Assembly: GCA_047495785.1 (NCBI GenBank)
Contig: JBLDXI010000003.1
Span: 496,001 to 560,000, forward strand
Origin: Lepidodermella squamata
Lineage: Eukaryota > Animalia > Gastrotricha
Length of the DNA: 64,000 nt
Direction: 5' to 3'
Shown piece by piece: positions 34,580-47,081 of this stretch. The notes beneath the pieces are model-generated. The model did not search any database. It was not told the origin of the DNA and saw only the letters and a program-made list of their open reading frames with translations. A program made the translations under genes and the position numbers. Position 1 is the stretch's first letter, and every line of letters begins with the position of its first letter.

Positions 34580-36796
34580 TATATCATTATGAACAGCCAG
34601 GGCAGCCAATGCATCATCTAATTATGCTTCAACCTGAGCTACCAGCTTAAAAAACTAATTAATTAATTAATTAATCAATTGTTTGAATCCAATTACGATA
34701 TTTCTAGCTAGTTGCATTTTCTCGACACATGTACGCTAATTTCAAATTGAATTCCAAAAACCCTACTTGGAAATCTTGTAAACAATTTGAAGTCGAATTT
34801 GATGAACTTTTCTTTGTTCGGGTAGCTGCTTCGTCGCCTCGCCTTGGAGTTTGACATTGTGGGGATTGTATTTCTTCTATGGGAAGGATATTTCTACGCT
34901 TTCACGCCAGAGCAGCTTCCTTGATTAGTTGAATATTGGATTGGTGTTCAGTCTACTTTCTGAGGGCAATGCAATGTAAAGGCCTTCCAAACCTCTGCTT
35001 GAAACTGGCCGGAATCATCTAGGTGTGACTCCAATGAAAGACAATCGGCTCTTTTGGCTGGTTAGTTAGTCGTCATAAAAATATTCTGTGCAGTCCAAAT
35101 AGTTTGTCAAACATCTACCGTAAAAAGTGGATTAGCAACTGTTGCTGGTGAAAACATCACCGTTTACCTCACGGGCACAGAATTAATCAGATTATCTCGG
35201 TTTCTTAAGTGAAAATGATAGCAATAACCCCATATTATACGAATGCAAAAGGATTCGCTGTTCGCTAACCAAAAAGTCGCTGTTAACAAATTATTCATGA
35301 CTTTCAGAGAAAGCAGTAATCGACATCAAGCACAACCGTGTCTCTTGTGTTCTTTCTCCTTAGAACCACTCACCGGCTTGAAATTCTAATTTGATAAACT
35401 TGTAGGTGACTTGTAGAACTTGTAGAAAACCTGGAATATGGGCTTGTTTACATCCATCCCTCGGGGCTAATAGTAAATGGACTCGAAACTTCCTATCTTC
35501 TTCTTGCAAAATTCTTCGGATTGCAAAAAACTGCTTATTGATCGCGCGATTTCGCGGTGACTGCAAAAAATGGCCGATTAATAATTATTTCAAATAAAAA
35601 AGCAGCATCTAGCCATTACGCGCAGTAATTTTATTCGTGTCCCTTTTGCTCCTCAGTTTTACGAAATTTCTCATGTTTGAAGACATTTTTTCAACATATT
35701 TTGGAAAGCTTGGTTAATAACGACTGAACGACTGTAAACACTTTTAAACACTTGAAGTCATGTTTAAAAACAGGCTTCTCTGCATTTTGAATGGCTTTAA
35801 TTCACCGGTTTATGATTCATCCGCTATCGTCACCCTCCCCTAAACCTTTGTGGTAAAACGGTTCCTCTTGTTGTGCGAATATTACCATCACAAGCCAACA
35901 ATGAACCAGCGGAGGAGGAAAAATAAAACTTTTCATTGTTTCATTGTTTCATCCGCTATACTAGGCTTCACGCTGTCTTTACTACCTATTAGTTTATTTT
36001 AATTTTTTCCATGTAAATCATGGGATTTCTCCTCGTTGAATGCTGTTCACGTTAATTTTTACCAGCCGTGTTTAGTTTTTTTATTCAGCTTTCGAATTGT
36101 TTGCATATATTTTTTGCTTCATAATGGGCGATGGCTACGTTGTGCTTGCTAAAAAATAGAGCAGCTTCATTCATTTTTTTGCGAGCAAAAAATCACTTTG
36201 ATAGCGTAATTTTTTGCAATCCGAACAATTTTTATGAGTGTCGAGTCCCAAGTCCATTTCCAGGTGATAGATGACAAGTAAAAGCAGCTTTTGACGTGAC
36301 TGTAGAGACAGAAGCATAGGACTTGTTACTTGTCACCCGGCACCTTGAAATGTATGCAAACAAGGTCAAATCCGAGCATTTCAACGAGGCCAACGATATG
36401 TCCACCAGACGTTTCAAGAAAATTGGAGGCGTGGTAATTTGGGATAAATTGGGTTAAAATCTCCACCTGGAATGACTTGTCAGTTCCGCTCAGTTTGCTG
36501 TTATTATGAGGGATACAGTGGAATCATTACCGAATTATTGAATTCATTACCAAACATAATTGAGTTCCAAATCTCAAATTTTAAGACGCAGCCTTCAACT
36601 ATAACCATAACCAGTTAAATTACGAATAATTTGGTTAGGTATTGAATTAAATGAAATTGGGTACTGGCGTATTGTACTGTATTCTCATTAATCATTTCAG
36701 GAAACGAAAAAATGCTATGTGTATGTGGTGTGTAAAATCTCTCTTTTTCTCCCATGTGATCTTCAAACTTGTTATTAAATTTTAGATAATGATATA

Positions 36797-38398
36797 ATGA
36801 AAATTCCAAAACAGATATATTCGAATACAGCAGCTATCGCGGCTGTATGCTTATTAATTATGGAGGCCTCCCTGTTATTCACCAGCACAGAAGTATTCCG
36901 GTTATTGCCGTTGTCAAGCAGCCTACCCTCTGCCACAGCCAAATGCCTTGCGAGCATCGTCGAATCGCCTTTCCGCTCGGCTTACAGCCAATTTTATGCC
37001 ACTTCTTCCTCGATTATTCGCTTCAGTGATGTCAGCAACTTGCAACGAGCTTTCGTGCGACTGTTCAACAGCACATCGCATCGGAAATTGCGACTGGTAA
37101 TCGTCGGTGAATCTTCGTCTGTTCCGCATCCCACTTCTATAGTGAGTTGAAACTTGGGTTTTTATTTTGTATCGGATGACAAGTGTGGCTTTTCATGATA
37201 GGAATCTGCTTTTCTCATGCTGTGCGATTGGTTGAACACCACACTATCGAAAAATGGACGCGAAGCTGAGTGTGAAAATTGGGCAGTTGGTGCAACCCCC
37301 AGGTTACTTCTAGTTCGACTCAGCTTATAGGTTCAGTTTTAAGCACATAAATTGCAGCCTCTTCTACGCATACTGCCATGCCGCAATGTTCGACGTTCGA
37401 AATTTTGACATTGTCCTAATTCAAGAATCTTGGAATTGGGAGCAGCACTATACGAATCCGAACGAAAGTCACCTTGGCATTCTAATAGACTCGCTACGCC
37501 GCGCCAACCCAGCGATTCAAGTCATCGTTTTTGATTTCCCAGATACGCGTTTGATTAGTGATCCAATTCCAGAATCTGCAAACTACGTCACGAATGCAGC
37601 TGTTGCCGCAGAGTATGATGTGCCCTTGATCGGTGGAATAGGCTTACTATCGAATGCTGCGAACTGGTCACAAGAAGTTGCCATGCATCAGGCAGATTTC
37701 ATCGGTAATTTAAATCTATAGAATTCCAAGTAAATTGTCTCTTGAATTTCGCAGGTTACTACCTCTCAGCAGATGCTTTCCACCCCGGGAACCGAACTCA
37801 TTCTGTTATGGCAGAGTACTTGGTCAATTTCTTCAAGCAATCTCTCATCCAATTACTCGAATTGAATGAACTTCCGACTTTGAGCCAGCCAATCATTAGG
37901 ACAAACTATCTTTCCGACTGCTTTCTGACTTACGCAAGTCACGAAGGCCGCGACAGCAGGAGCTTGGGGCAGAATGCTTCACTCCGTTATGATTGGCTGT
38001 CCTATCAATCTTTGTCGCCCGGGGAACAACTGAAGATTTCGCTGTCGAATTTCACCCGTCCAATCTTTGATTGTTGCCAGCATTCGGCAAATAAATGTTG
38101 CTATCTACCTAGATTCGCTATTTCACATCGCTCCCATTCGAATCAAGGCTCTTCTGTTGTTGTGATTGCTGCGAGGATTTCCTTGGCAAACGGTTCAGCT
38201 TTCTCGAGGAATTATACTATTTCTGCTCAAGGCACAAATCACTTTGTATCTGCGCCGCCTGAAGATGAATATTTGAGAGTTCCGTGTGCCCAGGTGGAAG
38301 GTTCTGCCATTAGGATGGCTGATGTCGATGTGTCGAGCTCGAAAAATGATACCACGACATTTCAAGTTTTCAGCCTGATTGCGCTTTATAAATGTTGA
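36797..38398 (+). CDS. SGNH/GDSL-family hydrolase with N-terminal hydrophobic anchor (4 exons)
   Basis: Block I VIVGESSS, block II NWAVGATPS, block III DIVLIQESWN and block V DAFHPG, joined by three short GT-AG introns. Confidence 0.8.
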
Positions 38399-38729
38399 CG
38401 AAAGTGACAAATAAAACACAGCTTTTTTAAGCGCCGCCGTTATTGGGAATTGAGGACAAACTAGCACACTAAAAGTTATCCCGCTTCATTTTTGAAAATG
38501 TAGACATTTGATTGAATTTGATTGAATACTTGGCCCTAGGCCATACTTTTTTAGGGTATCGAAACCCTGAATTTCATGCTCCACCTTTAGGAAATTTCTT
38601 TCTCAACTAAATTACCCCGAATGACGAGGTTCAGGTTTCAGGTGGAAACTTTCCGCTCATCTAGCCCAAATGGCAGACAAATAAACCTTTCATTTTTTAA
38701 TAAAGCTTGACCAACTTGGTAGCACAATG

Positions 38730-40484
38730 TCACTTTAAAGGTAAAATATTCGACAACGGGCTGAACGCATTTGTTTGCTGAGATAATTCTGCTGCCACTG
38801 ACAGAAACCCTCTCCGAATTTGTATAGTGAGGTCGTAGCATTTCGAAAACAATTCCATCTTCCGGCAGGTCTCCTCCGCATCGCCTGTCGACCCAGAGGA
38901 CCATAGCATGAGCAGCGCCTGGCACATCTGCTTCTGTAAACGAACAATTCGACCAGCTATCGCTGATTCATCAACTAGAAGAAACAATCTGAAGCTTATA
39001 TAGAGAACTCGAATTAAGTCGAGGAATTACCATGAAAATATAAGATTCCCAGAATGAGCGAGCTCTCAATGAAGGACGGATTCATTTGAGCGAGACAATC
39101 CGCCAACCGGCTACATGCGTCAAAGGTTGACTGAAGGAGAAACATATTTACACAAATCGTCGCTGTTCTTCTCTTCATAGAACGCGCTATTAAAGCTATT
39201 AAAACAAGGAGCAGGAATTGAAAAACCCCATTACTTCAACATTCCCTCATGCGAAGAATATCTACTGCCAAAATGGTTATAATGGCCATAACTGACGTCT
39301 GACGTCACACCTCATCGATACATTTTGTGCAAAATTGGCCCATGCACCATATGATTGACCTAACCATCACAATTCATCCATTTTTGAGAATAATTATAAT
39401 AAAAGTTCGGAGTTCCCAACATTGGGATAAGGCCTTATAGACATCAAGGGGGTAGTAAACTTATACGGGATTTCTTTAACAACACAGGCTACCGTTCTAC
39501 AAGACCGTTCAGGTCTTTAGGAAAACGAAATCGGCTTATACGGGATTTCTTTAACAACACAGGCTACCGGCTACAAGACCGTTCAGGTCTTTAGGAAAAC
39601 GAAATCGGCTTACTTTTAACATCGGTAGAGATTGAAGTGTAAGTGTCGAAAGCTCATTAGACATGCCGAGTGTTGAAGGAGGACTCCCGTTTGGCAGGCT
39701 ATTGAAGAGCGCCTTCACATGAACTACGCTTGTCGATCTGATTGCGTCTAATTCTTCTTGCGTTAGACATAGTGGCTCTATTCCTATATAGAAAACAACA
39801 CTTTGCCGGGAAGATTTTACCATTACAATTTCAACCTTTGAAAAATTTGCCGTATTCTTCACATATCGATGACTCGAATACCATTTGTTCAAGGCCCAGC
39901 TTAATCAAAGTTTCAATGTCATTGATAACCGCAGTGGGTCTTTTCAGCGGTACCGATTCAAGACCGTGAAGAAGCGTGAAAGCATTCGCTGCCAACAACA
40001 TCGTATTTTCAGCTCTAGATCCTCGGTTAGTTTGAGGGTTCGAGGTTATTTCAGGATATGAAAGTCGAACCCCACTACCATCATTCGAATTCGTCGTTAG
40101 AGAATCAGAGGTCGACGTGCTTAACTTCCTTTTCTTTTTGCCATGTTCTTTCGTCATGAATTTACCTAAAACATTGAGAAAATGATCGATTGGGGGAGAA
40201 TAGGATTTCGGCTTACTTTGCATTCCAACAGCCAAGCATTTTTCGTAACGGCATCGTCTACACATTTGGCCTTTTAGATTACTGGCTAATCTGCAAGGCG
40301 AGCGCTTTTGCAGGTTGCATCCATTGGCGTCTCCTTGATTATGTTCACAGACTAGCACATGAGGTTTGTCGCAGTGGCGCCTGAAGAATTTCTGACATGC
40401 CTCGCATGTTGAAGGCTGGTAGTCTCTACGCCTAGGAACGACAGAAGTACAAATTCTACACAGAGCAGCGGTGACAGGGGGCAT
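38730..40484 (-). CDS. Divergent nuclear hormone receptor, paralogue B
   Basis: Same exon layout and CEACQKFFRR...CRRCRYEKCLAVGM motifs. Confidence 0.88.
39460..39608. repeat. Two-copy 75/74-bp tandem duplication next to a receptor B splice donor
   Basis: CTTATACGGGATTTC...CGAAATCGG occurs twice in succession. Confidence 0.9.
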
Positions 40485-41190
40485 TTTTTACTCAAAACAA
40501 AAAAGGTGTTTATAATACAAGCATAAATGCAGCACTGTGGCGTGCGAGACCCTGCAAAAAATCGATTTAGCACGAGTACAATTATTAATGAATTACATAT
40601 AGTAAGTTGTAGGTTGACACTAGGTCATAAACAGAAAAAGGAGTATCATATCATATTACAATTGGAACAACGCGAATGTCATTTTTCAGTTACTTCAACG
40701 ATCAACTTTATAAGAAACGGAAATTTTTATACTAAGCTCACTTTATACTAATCATGACTTCCAAGTCGAGCACTCAACTATGGGATATTGTTGTTGAGTA
40801 CAAGAAAAGTGGGCCTTTAACCTTTAAATTCGGCTTAAATCGCAAGGTAATCAGAGCGATGACCTAATTTAAAAAATGCACGCGTTTCCTTTTGCAATTT
40901 CTATGCCCAAATGAATGCATTGGATTATTAAATTGTAAGTAATTATAACCTGAGCCGTACTCTCCCTTCCTTACTATAAACTCTGTCGAGATAAGGCCGA
41001 CTCAGCCTTCTTCTAAGCTTCGCTGTTCGACGTCTACTTCGGCGGCTAATTCCATCGGTTCTTGGGGTCAAGAATCAACTTCATCTCGAAAATAATGACC
41101 CGGTATGGTGGGATATCTTAATTTGCCTGAGCATAACAGTTGAATGGTATTCTAAGAAAAAGCAGTAGTTTGGCGGTTAAGTTTTATTAG

Positions 41191-42876
41191 TCACTTTAAT
41201 TTTAAAATGTTTGACAGCGAGCTGAACTCTTTTGTTTGTTGAGATACTTCAGCAGACACGGACAGAAACTCTCTTCGGATAAGTAGAGTGAGGTCGTAGC
41301 ATTTCGAAAAAAGTTCCATTTTTCGACACATCTCTTCCGCATCGCCTGCTGACCCAGAGGACCATAACATGAGCAGCGCCTGGCACATTTGCTTCTGCAA
41401 ACGATCCATCCGCCCAGCTATCGATGAATCATCAACTGAAATGAAAAAGTCTGGAAGCTTAAAGAGAACTTGAATGAAATCGGAAGAATTACCATGAAAA
41501 AATAGGATTCCTAGAATGAGCGAGCTCTCGATGAAGGAAGGATTCAATTGAGCGAGACAGTCAGCCAACCGACCACAGGCGAGGAACGTTGGCTGGATAA
41601 CAATACCATATAATGTTGAATCAAGCCCAAGTTGGACAAAATCTTCGTATTGTTATGTTCACTATTGACACACTCTCTAAGACCCTCATATGGGGTAGAA
41701 AATTTGGCAATCGTTTTTCCACACCACGCAATTCATAGTATTTACTGAGCTGATTGAATAAACATCTGCAAAAAACTGTGGGGCTCGGAATTTAGCAGTT
41801 AGTTTCTTGGAGAAAATATCGGGAATTAGGAATTCGAAATTCAAATACCGTTTTGCATCTTATCACCCCATGGAACACTGGATTTTCATTCAATTCGAAG
41901 GCGGGCCTACTAGACTTCCTTTAGGTACTTATTTGCAGGATTTTTGCATAGTGCACAACTGCCGTGAGGTCTTGAAAAGGGCATCGAAGAAAAATGAAAT
42001 AGCTTACTTTGAACATTGGGTAAGCCTGGAGTGCAAACTTCACAAGTTCGTTACACATGCCGAGGGTTGAAGGAGGACTCCCGTTTGGCAGGCTGTGAAA
42101 GAGCGCTTTCACATGGATTACGCTTGTCGATCTGATCGCATCCAGGTCTTCTTGTTTAAGGAAGCATGGATCTATTCCTTGAATGCGAAACCACCTCTTT
42201 GTAAAGAATTTGATCGCAAGCTATGATATAACAACCTTTGAAAAATGTGCCGTATTCTTCACATATCATCAACTCGAATGCCATTTGTTCAAGGCCCAGC
42301 TTGATCATTGCTTCGATGTCATTGATATATGATTCAGTGGGTCTTTTCAGCGGTACTGATTCAAGGCCGTGTAGAAGCGTGAAGGCATTCGCTGTACAGA
42401 ACATCATAGCTTCAGCTCTTGATCCTTGATTAGTTTGCGGGTTTGAGATTATTGCAGGTGACAGTTGAACGTCACTATCATCAACGGACGTCGTCGATAT
42501 GGAATCATCATGCGACGTGCTTAGGTTCCTTTGCTTCTCGCCAGGTTTTTTTGTCATGAATTTACCTTGAAAAAATAGGTAAACAATTGATTTAGGAGAA
42601 GAAGAGATTTAGCTTACTTTGCAATCCAACAGCCAAGCATTTTTCGTAACGGCATCGCTTACACATTAGGCCCTTTAGATCGCTGGCTAATTTGCAAGGC
42701 GAACGCTTGTTTTCGCCCTCCTTGTCTCTATCTTTGGCACATACTAGCTCATTAGGCTTTTCGCAGTTGCGCCTAAAGAACTTTTGGCACGCCTCGCATG
42801 TTGATGGCTGGTAGTCTTTGCGTCTAGGAACTACAGAAGTACAAACTTTACACAGAGCAGTGTTGACAGGAGGCAT
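41191..42876 (-). CDS. Divergent nuclear hormone receptor, paralogue C
   Basis: CKVC...CEACQKFFRR...CKRCRYEKCLAVGL plus the homologous LBD exons. Confidence 0.88.
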
Positions 42877-43082
42877 TTTTTACTCGCTGAAAAATTTGTT
42901 TGTAATACAGAGCTATACAGAGCGACACGCTGCAAAAAATCGATTTAGCATGTGTAAAAATACTAATGAATGGCATCCGAGCTAGTATACTACTATAGGA
43001 TGCGATTGGATTAACAACAGAAAAACAGGAATTATTATTGATGAAAAAATACGACCGTATTTTATTATGAATGTGCGTTATA

Positions 43083-43831
43083 AAGTATGACCAATATTTT
43101 TTTTGCCTCGCATTTTTTCAATAACTTCGTGACCATGAGGAATTTTTTGGAGCGGTTTTCACCATTTGATAAATCAGGTCTTCGGTAAACTTTCCTCAAA
43201 TTTTCGTCAAAATTGGTTCAGAGCGAAGAAATTGGTGACAAAAATGCCGTTTGCGGTTTCAATTAAGAATTCTCATTTTTGAAAAATGGCATTTTTCAGG
43301 TTTTTTGGTTTGGCGGCATCATCCTGTGGAAAAGCTTTATTCGGTCATTTTCTTCGTTGGGAATTAGATCAATAACACGTCTCCAACAGAGAAATTCATC
43401 TTGACACCCACAGAAAAGTTCTTATCCACCAACAGCGATCCGAAATGGCTTTTTGAATTTTTTTGAGTGGTCTGTGCCAACCTGGTGATGCCGCAAGTTT
43501 CGGACAGTCGTATGATTTTTTTTTTGGAATCGGTGACTCCGATTAGTCACAGGCCATCTCTCAAACGGCTCAAATCCTCAGGGAAGAGTGATGATCAGCT
43601 CTTGCCATATTGGACGCAAAAATGCCATTTTTCAAAAATGAGAATTCTTAATTGAAACCGCAAACGGCATTTTTGTCACCAATTTCTTCGCTCTGAACCA
43701 ATTTTGACGAAAATTTGAGGAAAGTTTACCGAAGACCTGATTTATCAAATGGTGAAAACCGCTCCAAAAAATTCCTCATGGTCACGAAGTTATTGAAAAA
43801 ATGCGAGGCAAAAAAAATATTGGTCATACTT
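43083..43831. mobile_element. Young long-TIR non-autonomous transposon upstream of receptor C (repeated at 59891-60639)
   Basis: About 214-bp apparently perfect TIRs AAGTATGACCAATA...TATTGGTCATACTT with a TA duplication. Confidence 0.9.
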
Positions 43832-44787
43832 TAGATAATTATAAATATTCCGTAATTTTTGTACGATATAAATGACTAGTGCTGAAATTAATACGGAAGG
43901 CGCTGCAATAGCCATGTTTTGAAAGAACGAAAGTCAGCTTTTAGCTCAGGAGTAATCCTAATTCGGGTTCGGGTCTTTCCAGCTTTTTTTGTTCCACCCA
44001 TCTTGCTGTGGTTCCGGATTCAACAATCGGCCGTCTATATTCTCGTATTCATCGAAATATTATCATCAAATTCTAGTCCTCACAATTAAAAATTCAAGCT
44101 CTTAGAGGCTGTGCGCAGCTTGGAACCGGCAACCGTCTATCCTCGCGGGTCTAAACAGGTGCTCCATGTCTCCTTCCTGTTCTTTTTTCTTCAGCTTCTG
44201 ATGCCGTACTTTCGCTGGTCACGCCTCGCACTTTTTACCTCAGTTTGCTCCCATACTCAGTTTGGACAGAGAACAAAAAGTACCCAAAGAATGAAGAAAG
44301 CATGCCCGTCATCAAATGTTGCCCGTCGGTGAAATTAACTCAATCGACAGAATTGATTTAATAATTTTACTTCACCGAATGTCCGTGGCAAGCCTTGACA
44401 ATTCGGCCGAGTTTTCGCTTGTGAGCTGACAGCGAATGAGTTGACAGTTCACCGAGTTCTTGTTTCGTTAATATTGCTTTTCTTTCCAAACTACTTGTTC
44501 CTCGCGTATTGTTTGTCTTTTTTAAATTGAGACTAAGTTAATGTATGTTTTTCTATAATTTTGCTTGATTTACGGATGGAAATCTGATCAAATACTTGAT
44601 CATTAATTTTTATAATAGGCGTGAACCGTGAAGCCTTAAAATTCAGGGCTCCGACATTACCTTAGTAATTTTTTCTCCACTAGGCTTTCCTTAAATAACG
44701 CTGTTCAAATAATATCTAAATTGGAAGAAAAATAGACATTTTTTCGGCTAATTTTTATTAAAGCTCGACCAACTTATCAGCAAAATG

Positions 44788-46534
44788 TCACTTTAAATGT
44801 AAAATATTTGACAGCGAGCTTAACGTATCTGTTTGCTGCGATAATTCAGCGGACACTGACAGAAATTCTCTTCGGATAAGTAAAGTGAGGTCATAGCATT
44901 TCGAGAACAATTCCATTTTTCGGCACGTCTTCTCCGCGTCGCCTGCTGACCCAGAGGACCATAACATTAGCAGCGCCTGGTACATTTGCTTCTGCAAACG
45001 ATTCATCCGTCCCGCTATCGATGAGTCATCAACTGAAAGAAAATAATATTGTGAAGGATAGAATACTTGAATGAAATTGGAGGAACTACCATGAAAAAAT
45101 AGGATTCCTAGAATGAGCGAGCTCTCGATGAAGGAAGGATTCAATTGAGCGAGGCAATCAGCCAGCCGACTACATGCGGCAAACGTAGCCTGGGTAGAAA
45201 AAATACGAATTTTCATATCAACAAAAAAATAAAAGCTTTTTATCAAAATTCAATGTTTTGTTGACTTTCATTTCCGTGGGAAAAACTATTGAAACTCCAT
45301 AGAGAAAACATCGAGGATAAAGAATTCGAAATCCAATAATTTTGCGGATGAAATCCAGTTTCAAGTTAGAACCGTGACCCCTCTTGCACCTGATCGATTT
45401 TCTCGGGTGCGAAGCTCTGATACATAGAAAAGGTACCGTGATGCATTCAGTTCCTGATGCAGAAGCGATTTGAATACGCTTTGGTGAATGTCAATGGTCG
45501 GCCCTGGCCATACTGGAGTATAACCCTGCAAGACATTATTTTTCGTCCGCTATCTTATTTTGCTGAAAAGAATACAAAGCGAGGATATAATTTTAAGGAT
45601 TTAGGCACCCTGTTGTTGTAGTTTTCCTATTGGATTTTGTGATCTTCCGCTAATAGGAGGTGGACACAAAATTGCTTACTTTGAACATCGGGTAAGATTG
45701 AAGTGTAAGTTGCGAAAGTTCGTTACACATGCCGAGGGTCGAAGGAGGGCTCCCGTTCGGCAGGCTGTTGAAGAGCGCTTTCACATGAATTACGCTCGTC
45801 GATCTGATCGCATCCAAATCTTCTTGGGTGAGATATATTGGGTCTATTCCTGAGCGAAACCAATATTGTTCAGTGAAGATACGATCATTAAGCGGCAATG
45901 TCTCAACCTTTGAAAAAATTGCCATATTCCTCACATATCATCGACTCGAATGCAGTTTGCTCCAGGCCCAACTTGACCACTGTTTCGATATTATTGATAG
46001 CCGCAGAGGGTCTTTTCAGCGGTACTGATTCCAGGCCGTGAAAAAGCGTGAAAGCATTGGCTGTGCACATCATCATAGCTTCAGCTCTAGGTCCTAGTTT
46101 ATTTTGCGGATTTGGGATTATCACAGGAGGGGATAGTCGAGTATCCTTCCTGGATATGGAATCCGATGATGCATTCGAGTCACTTTCGCCTGATTCTTTT
46201 GTCATGAATTTACCTTTAAAATTGGGGAAATTATAGTTGATTGAAGAATAAGGGGTTTATGCTTACTTTGCAAACCAACCGACAAGCATTTATCGTAACG
46301 GCATCGCTTACACATTTTCCCCTTCAAATGACTGGCTAATTTGCAAGGCGAGTTCTTTAATTGGTGGCCTCCGTTGGTTTCCTGTTGATCTTGTACACAC
46401 ACTAACCCATGAGGTTTTTCGCAGTGGCGCCTGAAGAACTTTTGACACGCCTCGCATGCTGTAGGCTGGTAGTCTTTGCGTCTAGGAACGACAGAAGTGC
46501 AAATTTTACATAAAACAGCGTTGACAGGTGGCAT
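44788..46534 (-). CDS. Divergent nuclear hormone receptor, paralogue D
   Basis: CKIC...CEACQKFFRR...CKRCRYDKCLSVGL plus the homologous LBD exons. Confidence 0.88.
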
Positions 46535-47081
46535 TTTAAAACGATGAAAAATGTGTTTATACTGGAGAGAGGTAAAAGCAGTGCTATAGGGTGCGACACC
46601 CTAAAAAAATCGATGTAGAACGAGATGAATGACATCTGAGCTGCTACTTCTAGTTCAACAACTGAATACAGGAGAATCATCTCTCATTACGGACGAAAAA
46701 ACACGAGCAGATTTAATTATGAATTCGCGCTATAGATCTGCTTCTTCGGTTACCATGTTTAACGATTGAGATTTGAACTAAATGTGATTTGAACTGAAAG
46801 CCTGAACGCCGGAGACGCAGCAAGTTTTCAGCTTTAGCTCGGGGTTGCTCCGGGGAAGTTTGCAACATTTTAATAGATAATTGCATTCATCGCCTCAGCC
46901 TAATCTCAAATAGAACCACGGGATTTGCTGATAAGCGATGTAAGAAAAGATGAACAGCGCGAAAACTCCCCTGATATTTATTTTCGCCTTCTGATGCTCA
47001 ATTTCTCAACATCTGGCGCCTGGCTCACATGGTGTTTGCAGCATAGGCAATAGTATCTTAGAAGCTATCTGACGCTGAATC

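Noticed and set aside
41436-41492. Coding insertion in receptors C and D, where ORFs read through this segment
   Set aside because: It is a 57-nt GT-AG intron. The homologous intron is 56 nt in A and B, so read-through is probably incidental.
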